Origin: Cladosporium halotolerans
Lineage: Eukaryota
Length of the DNA stretch: 64,000 nucleotides
Assembly: GCF_011745625.1 (NCBI RefSeq)
Contig: NW_027191475.1
Span: 310,001 to 374,000, forward strand
Direction of reading: 5' to 3'
A program made the position numbers and the translations under genes. The notes under the pieces were generated by a model. That model had not been told where the DNA came from. It was given only the letters and a program-made list of their open reading frames with translations, and searched no databases. Below, piece by piece: positions 58,178 to 64,000 of this stretch. Position 1 is the first letter of the stretch. Each line of letters opens with the position of its first letter.

Positions 58178-59908
58178 ATGCGTGAGGTCATCAGCTTGAA
58201 CGGTATGTTTACCCCTGTGCCACTGCCCCACGCGCCTTGACCGCCTCGAGGCCGTGAGGGCGAGACATCGACCGAGTGCTGACTTTGGACGCGTATAGTC
58301 GGCCAGGCCGGTTGCCAAATCGCCAACAGCTGCTGGGAGGTTAGTCTCGAGTCCGAAAGAGCGTGCAATGCAATGGGATGCGATCGGATACGCATGGGAA
58401 TCGGGAATACGGCTGCCTCAGGGGAACGGTTGCTGACATGATGGGATTGTAGCTCTACTGCCTCGAGCACGGCATCCAGGTCAGTGATGCGCACCGCACG
58501 CACAGCATGCTACAATGACTGACTCTTCACAGCCCGATGGTTTCCTCACTGAGGAGCGCAAGGCCACCAGCGACGACCAGGGCTTCTCCACTTTCTTCTC
58601 CGAGACTGGTATGTCATCTCGAGTCCGCTCACTGCACTGCGGGCATCCTTCTAACGCAAGCAAACAGGCAACGGCAAGTACGTGCCGCGCACCATCTACT
58701 GCGATCTCGAGCCCAATGTCGTCGACGAGGTCCGCACCGGCCCCTACCGCGCCCTCTTCCACCCCGAGCAGATGATCACCGGCAAGGAGGATGCCTCGAA
58801 CAACTACGCTCGTGGCCACTACACCGTCGGCAAGGAGCTCATCGACCAGGTCCTCGACAAGGTCCGCCACGTCGCCGACAACTGCTCTGGTCTTCAGGGT
58901 TTCCTCGTCTTCCACTCCTTCGGTGGTGGTACCGGTTCCGGTTTCGGTGCCCTCCTCATGGAGCGTCTGTCCGTCGACTACGGCAAGAAGTGCAAGCTGG
59001 AGTTCTGCGTCTACCCCGCTCCCCAGGTCGCCACCTCCGTTGTTGAGCCTTACAACTCCATCCTCACCACCCACACCACCCTCGAGCACTCCGACTGCTC
59101 CTTCATGGTCGACAACGAGGCCATCTACGACATTTGCCGTCGCAACCTCGGCATTGAGCGCCCCAACTACGAGAACCTGAACCGCCTGATCGCCCAGGGT
59201 ATGTATCAGCTTGATTATCTTCACTTACACGGCAATTGAGGCTAACATCTCCCAGTCGTTTCTTCCATCACCGCTTCTCTCCGTTTCGACGGCTCCCTCA
59301 ACGTCGACCTGAACGAGTTCCAGACCAACCTGGTCCCCTACCCGCGTATCCACTTCCCTCTGGTCGCCTACGCCCCGATCGTCTCCGCCGCCAAGGCCGC
59401 CCACGAGGCCAACAGCGTCCAGGAGATCTCCATGGCTTGCTTCGAGCCCAACAACCAGATGGTCAAGTGTGACCCTCGCAACGGCAAGTACATGGCCACC
59501 TGCCTGCTCTACCGCGGTGACGTCGTCCCCAAGGACACTCACGCCGCCGTCGCCACCCTCAAGACCAAGCGCACCATCCAGTTCGTCGACTGGTGCCCGA
59601 CTGGTTTTAAGCTCGGTATCTGCTACCAGCCCCCGATGAACGTGCCCAACGGCGACCTCGCCAAGGTCAACCGCGCCGTCTGCATGCTCTCCAACACCAC
59701 CGCCATTGCCGAGGCCTGGTCTGCTCTTTCCCACAAGTTCGACCTCATGTACAGCAAGCGTGCCTTCGTCCACTGGTACGTCGGCGAGGGTATGGAGGAG
59801 GGCGAGTTCTCCGAGGCCCGCGAGGACCTTGCCGCGCTCGAGCGCGACTACGAGGAGGTCGCCGCCGACTCTGCCGAGGGCGAGGAGGGTCTTGACGCCG
59901 AGTACTAG
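58178..59908 (+). CDS. TUB1: Alpha-tubulin, 6 exons
   Basis: [57 protein letters not shown]-terminal LDAEY; five canonical introns. Confidence 0.98.
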
Positions 59909-60714
59909 ACGGAGAGCGAGTTTCTTGTTGAGCGAGGGAGAGAATCAATGATATTGGCCAGGCGCAGGGCTTACTAGGGTACTGATACTGATACTGACAC
60001 TGCAAGACGCAGCAAACGGTTGTTTTTCTTTGATGCAAATGCCTTTTTAATCGAAAGCGAATTTTTCCCAAAAAATCTTGTAGAGCCAGGAGGAACGTGT
60101 GCGCATATCGTGAGGTGTATCCGTGCCTCAGTGATTATCTACATTGCACGGTAGTGCCTCTTGAGGACTCGCTATCTTTTTCCAGACAATGCTCGACATG
60201 GAGTGACAGCCGTAGCGGCTCCACCCACCTGTAAAGGAATGGTGGAGGCAACGGACGGCAGATGGATGATGTAGGGCAGCCGGGGCAGGTTGGCACACAG
60301 CCACAAACAGCCATAGCGCGCAGCTGCTGTCTCGATGCAGCCCGGTGGTCAGCAAGCAACCGCCATGCGCCCAAGCGGCAGCGCGTGCGCCAAATCATAC
60401 CTGACTGTCGGTCCCGGCGCCGGCTGTAGAAGTACCGCTGTTCTTTGCTCCGAGATGCCACTTGCTGCGCCCTTTCGCTCGACCTCGTCCCTCCTGTCGC
60501 GCGATCCCCAATTCCTCCCACCCTGACACCTTCGCGACTTTGCCCCACTTCCTCCAGATCCGCTTGGAGAACATCGGTCTGGGTCGGGGCGCAACGCCGC
60601 CATATTAATCCTCGCCCTCCCTCGGCCTCGCTTGCCCTCCAGACACACCTCACTCCTTCAATTCACGCGCGCTCTCCCTCCCTCGCCGCAGCAGAGAGCG
60701 ACAACGTCACCAGC

Positions 60715-62414
60715 ATGGCGGAGCCTACCACGCCCGACGCCGGGCCCAGCTTCGCCCCGCCGAGTCTCCCTCCCGGGTGGTGCGTCTTCACCAGCCCTTC
60801 TTGACCTCACACTCCCGATCACACTTCCTCCTCTTCCCTTCCCTCGAGAGTCTCCAGCAGCTCGCGACCCTCAGCTTCCTCTTTCTCTCTCCTCCCACCT
60901 CTTTCACCGCTCGTGTGAGACATTGGGCCTTGGCACTGACTTGGCGGCTATTCTAAAGGATCGCGCAGTGGGACAACAAGTGAGTGGTCGTTCTAGCCTC
61001 CCTTCTGTCGACCAGGTCGACTTTCTCGCAATCAGGCGTTCTAACGCGCAATCCGCAGATCGCGAAAGTACTACTTCGTCCAAATCAGCACCGGCGAGTC
61101 CACCTGGGAAGTCCCCACCGCCGCCGCTCCGCAAGTCCCTACGCCGGGAGGCACGCCAGCACAGATGTCGGATCCTTTCCCGAAACCTGGTCAGCAGGGC
61201 GACCGCGGTAATGGTTATGGTGACGGCTACGGTAACGGCCAGGGAAATCAGTATGGGAACAACGGGCCTGAGGGCGCACAGGAGGGCGAGAGAGGGTTTA
61301 AGGTGAGAGGGCAACGATCAAGAGATGCCATCGGTGAGAATATGGTTACTGATACGTGGAACTATAGACAGACGCTTTCAAGATGGCCATGGGAGGCGGC
61401 AAGTCGCACTCAAACTCCTCCGGCCTAGGCGGTCTGGCCTCCTCGTTCCTGGGTGGAAGCTCAGGCGGTCACGGCAACTCCTCGCACAACTCTTCTGGCC
61501 TCGGAGGCCTTGCTCAGTCTTTCCTGGGCGGCAACGACAACAAGCACTCGAACAGCAATCAGCACGGATCTTCCGGCGGCGGCCTTGGAGGCCTCGCGCA
61601 GTCGTTCCTTGGCAGCAGCAACAACAACCACAACAGCCAGCACTCTGGCAGCAATCAGCACGGCTCATCAAGTGGAGGTCTAGGCGGCCTCGCGGGCCAG
61701 TTTCTCGGTGGAAGCAGCTCGTCAGGAGGCCACCATGGCTCGAGCCAGAACCAGGGCTACGGAGGAGGCAGCAACCAAGGCCACGGCAGTAGCAGCGGAG
61801 GCGGCTTCCTCAGCAGCCTGACGGGCGGTCACGGTGATAAGCCTCAGAGCGGCGGCTACGGTTACTCTGGAAGTGGCTCGAGCGGCACTTATACAGGCTC
61901 CGCTCCTCCCAGCTCATACCAGCCCTCTGGCGCACCTTCACATGGCTCCGCTCCTCCAAGCTCCTCCTATCAGACTCCCGGCGCCCCGCCGCACGGCTCT
62001 GTTCCTCCAGGGACCTACCAATCCTCCGGCGCCCCGCCCCACGGCTACGGCTCCCAGCCCGGCGCACCGTCTGCGGGTTATGGCCCGCAGACTGGCTCTT
62101 ACAACCCACCCGGCGGCGCTCCCTCATATGGGCAGGCAAGCGGCCACAGCGGTCCACCACAGCACGGCTCATACGGCGGGCCTCCTCCACCGCAAGGCGG
62201 GTTTCCTCAAGGCGGATACAGTGGAGCTGGCACGCCTGGCGCTCCTGGTGGCTACGGCCAACCACAGGGAGGATATGGCCAGCCTCCTCAGGGTGGCTAC
62301 GGTGGTGCCCAGCCGCCGCACGGCGGCTATGGAGGCGGCGGGTATGAGCAGCATGGTGGCGGTGGTGGTGGCTATGGAGGAGGAGCACCGCCGCCGAACC
62401 CAGGGTGGAGGTAG
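60715..62414 (+). CDS. WW-domain protein with G/S/N/H/Q/P/Y-rich prion-like region, 4 exons (60715-60779, 60959-60979, 61059-61302, 61368-62414)
   Basis: Spliced LPPGWIAQWDNKSRKYYFVQISTGESTWEVP is a WW domain, followed by GLGGLAxxFLG repeats and a PxxYG low-complexity tail. Confidence 0.85.
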
Positions 62415-63185
62415 ACGGCGATCGGTTCTTTGATTTCCTCATTTTGGTTTTTTTGGCAAGCAACGGATGAGTTTGATGACTGTACATGAAAAATGACTGC
62501 GTGCATGACATGATTGATTGATTGATGCGTGGCTACTTCTGGTTGCTCGTTTTGAAGCGTTGTGCGCGGTGATTCAGCAATGGAGACGTGAGACCGTAGA
62601 CGGTGATGTAGATTCCGGAATTGAGCATATCGTTGCCTTCCCGCGAATACGAGCCTCGTGTCTGCATGCGATGATAGCGGCGATTGAATCACGCCGCAGT
62701 CACCGCATGCAAGTGCTTATTGAGAGACATCACCCCGGCAGTGGCACACAAGGCCCGGCACCTGAAGGCTGCACCGTGTATCTGATGTCTCAGACTGCAT
62801 CCAGCCCGTCTGCACGCGCAGGCCTGTCTGAGGCAGCCACCAGACACGCCCGCCGCCGGCCAAGCTTCAGGTGAGCGCAGCGCCCCCAGACGCGTCCGTG
62901 CGCGGCCCTCTAACGCGGCCCGCTGGGCGGCTTCATCATCTGGAGATTCCACGAGACAGCCAGACAGACCGCACCCGCTCGCTAGCCTGCCACGCTGCCA
63001 CGCCTGCACTGCTGCCACTGCCACTGCCACTGCTGCACCACTCTTGCTCCCACGCATACTGCTCAACGCGCATCTGCCCTGACACTGCTAGGCATCCTCC
63101 CTCTCCTCCTCACGACCACGGCGGCCACTCTCTGCCGCAGCACCACTGCACCTAACCCCCCGCGACACCCACACCCTCAGCAATC

Positions 63186-64000
63186 ATGAATCCCGAGTGG
63201 TGAGTGCCCTCGCCTGCCAACGACGGCGCCTATGCCATACCTCTACTGCAGGCAGCACTGCTATGATAAGGACGTCACTAACACCGCGCCTCGCAGAGTA
63301 TCTCCCGACCGCACCCTTCGCGCAGACCGCCACAGCCCGCTCCTCCTCGCTTTCCCGCTGCGCGCGCCCCGCCCCATCGCCCAAAAACCACCCCTACTGA
63401 CCCGCACCCGCCGCAGATACGACTACCTCTTCAAGCTTCTCCTCATCGGTGACTCCGGCGTCGGAAAGTCATGCCTTCTTCTCCGTTTCGCCGATGATAC
63501 CTACACCGAGAGCTACATCTCCACCATCGGCGTCGACTTCAAGATCAGGACCATCGAGCTCGACGGCAAGACTGTGAAGCTTCAGATTGTGCGTCTCTAT
63601 ACCCTGAGAGAATAGTTTACAACAAGTGACGGAATACTGACGGACTTGTGCTACAGTGGGACACCGCGGGCCAGGAGCGCTTCCGCACAATCACCAGCTC
63701 CTACTACCGCGGCGCGCACGGCATCTGCGTCGTCTACGACGTCACCGATATGGATTCCTTCAACAACGTCAAGCAGTGGCTGCAGGAGATCGACCGCTAC
63801 GCCACCGAGGGCGTCAACAAGCTGCTCGTCGGCAACAAGAGCGATATGACCGACAAGAAGGTTGTGGACTACAACGTTGCAAAGGTTCGTCGATATTCCT
63901 GCACTCCTCTGATTTTATTTCCAGCTCACACATCTTCACAGGAATTCGCAGACAGCCTCGGCATCCCCTTCCTCGAGACTTCCGCCAAGAACGCCAGCAA
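63186..64000 (+). CDS. YPT1: Rab1/Ypt1 small GTPase, 5' part (runs off the window)
   Basis: [64 protein letters not shown]. Exons 63186-63196, 63417-63588, 63657-63884, about 63942 onward. Confidence 0.97.
63197..63416 (+). other. Nested spliceosomal twin intron (stwintron, [D3,4]) in YPT1
   Basis: Internal intron 63200-63296 (GTGAGT, ACTAAC at 63277, CAG) sits between nt 3 and 4 of the external donor GTG|AGT. External branch point ACTGAC at 63396 and acceptor CAG ending 63416. Confidence 0.85.

Noticed and set aside
63232..63615. ORF-track Rab1 with an N-terminal extension (MPYLYCRQ...)
   Set aside because: The extension is intron sequence. The conserved MNPEY start is recovered from ATG 63186 through nested splicing.
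1..64000. Transposons, RIP-degraded AT-rich blocks, tRNA/rRNA genes, CRISPR arrays
   Set aside because: I saw no transposase or RT motifs, TIR/LTR pairs, AT-rich tracts, cloverleafs or spaced repeats. An intron-containing tRNA or snoRNA could have been missed by eye.

Overview
Gene-dense 64 kb segment of a filamentous ascomycete nuclear chromosome. It has short GT-AG introns with CTRAY branch points; Dothideomycete affinity is only my impression. About 30 protein-coding genes can be rebuilt by hand: a sugar porter and GH3 beta-xylosidase pair, GYP7, two GNATs, an amino-acid permease, an MMtag/RS protein, glucosidase I, PS decarboxylase, ABCA and DHA2 transporters, an FCP1-like HAD, SPATA20, a three-exon TOM5 missed by the ORF track, IWS1, NDUFA8, NUP57, an AA9 LPMO, a Nudix protein, VTC2/3, a WD40 protein, a PGA1-like gene, alpha-tubulin, a WW/prion-like protein, the 5' part of YPT1/Rab1 and several orphans. 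I recognised no rRNA, tRNA, CRISPR array or intact transposon. The strongest signal is the first intron of YPT1: a nested twin intron (stwintron, [D3,4] geometry). Its internal intron splits the donor GTG|AGT of an external intron, and every other outcome using canonical donors ends in a stop at codon 5 or 6. Other leads are a possible bicistronic PGA1 / double-F-box unit, two pairs of unnamed paralogous orphans, an Rnq1-like repeat architecture fused to a WW domain, and a telomere-like 20-mer found twice. All calls come from reading the sequence; no database searches were run.
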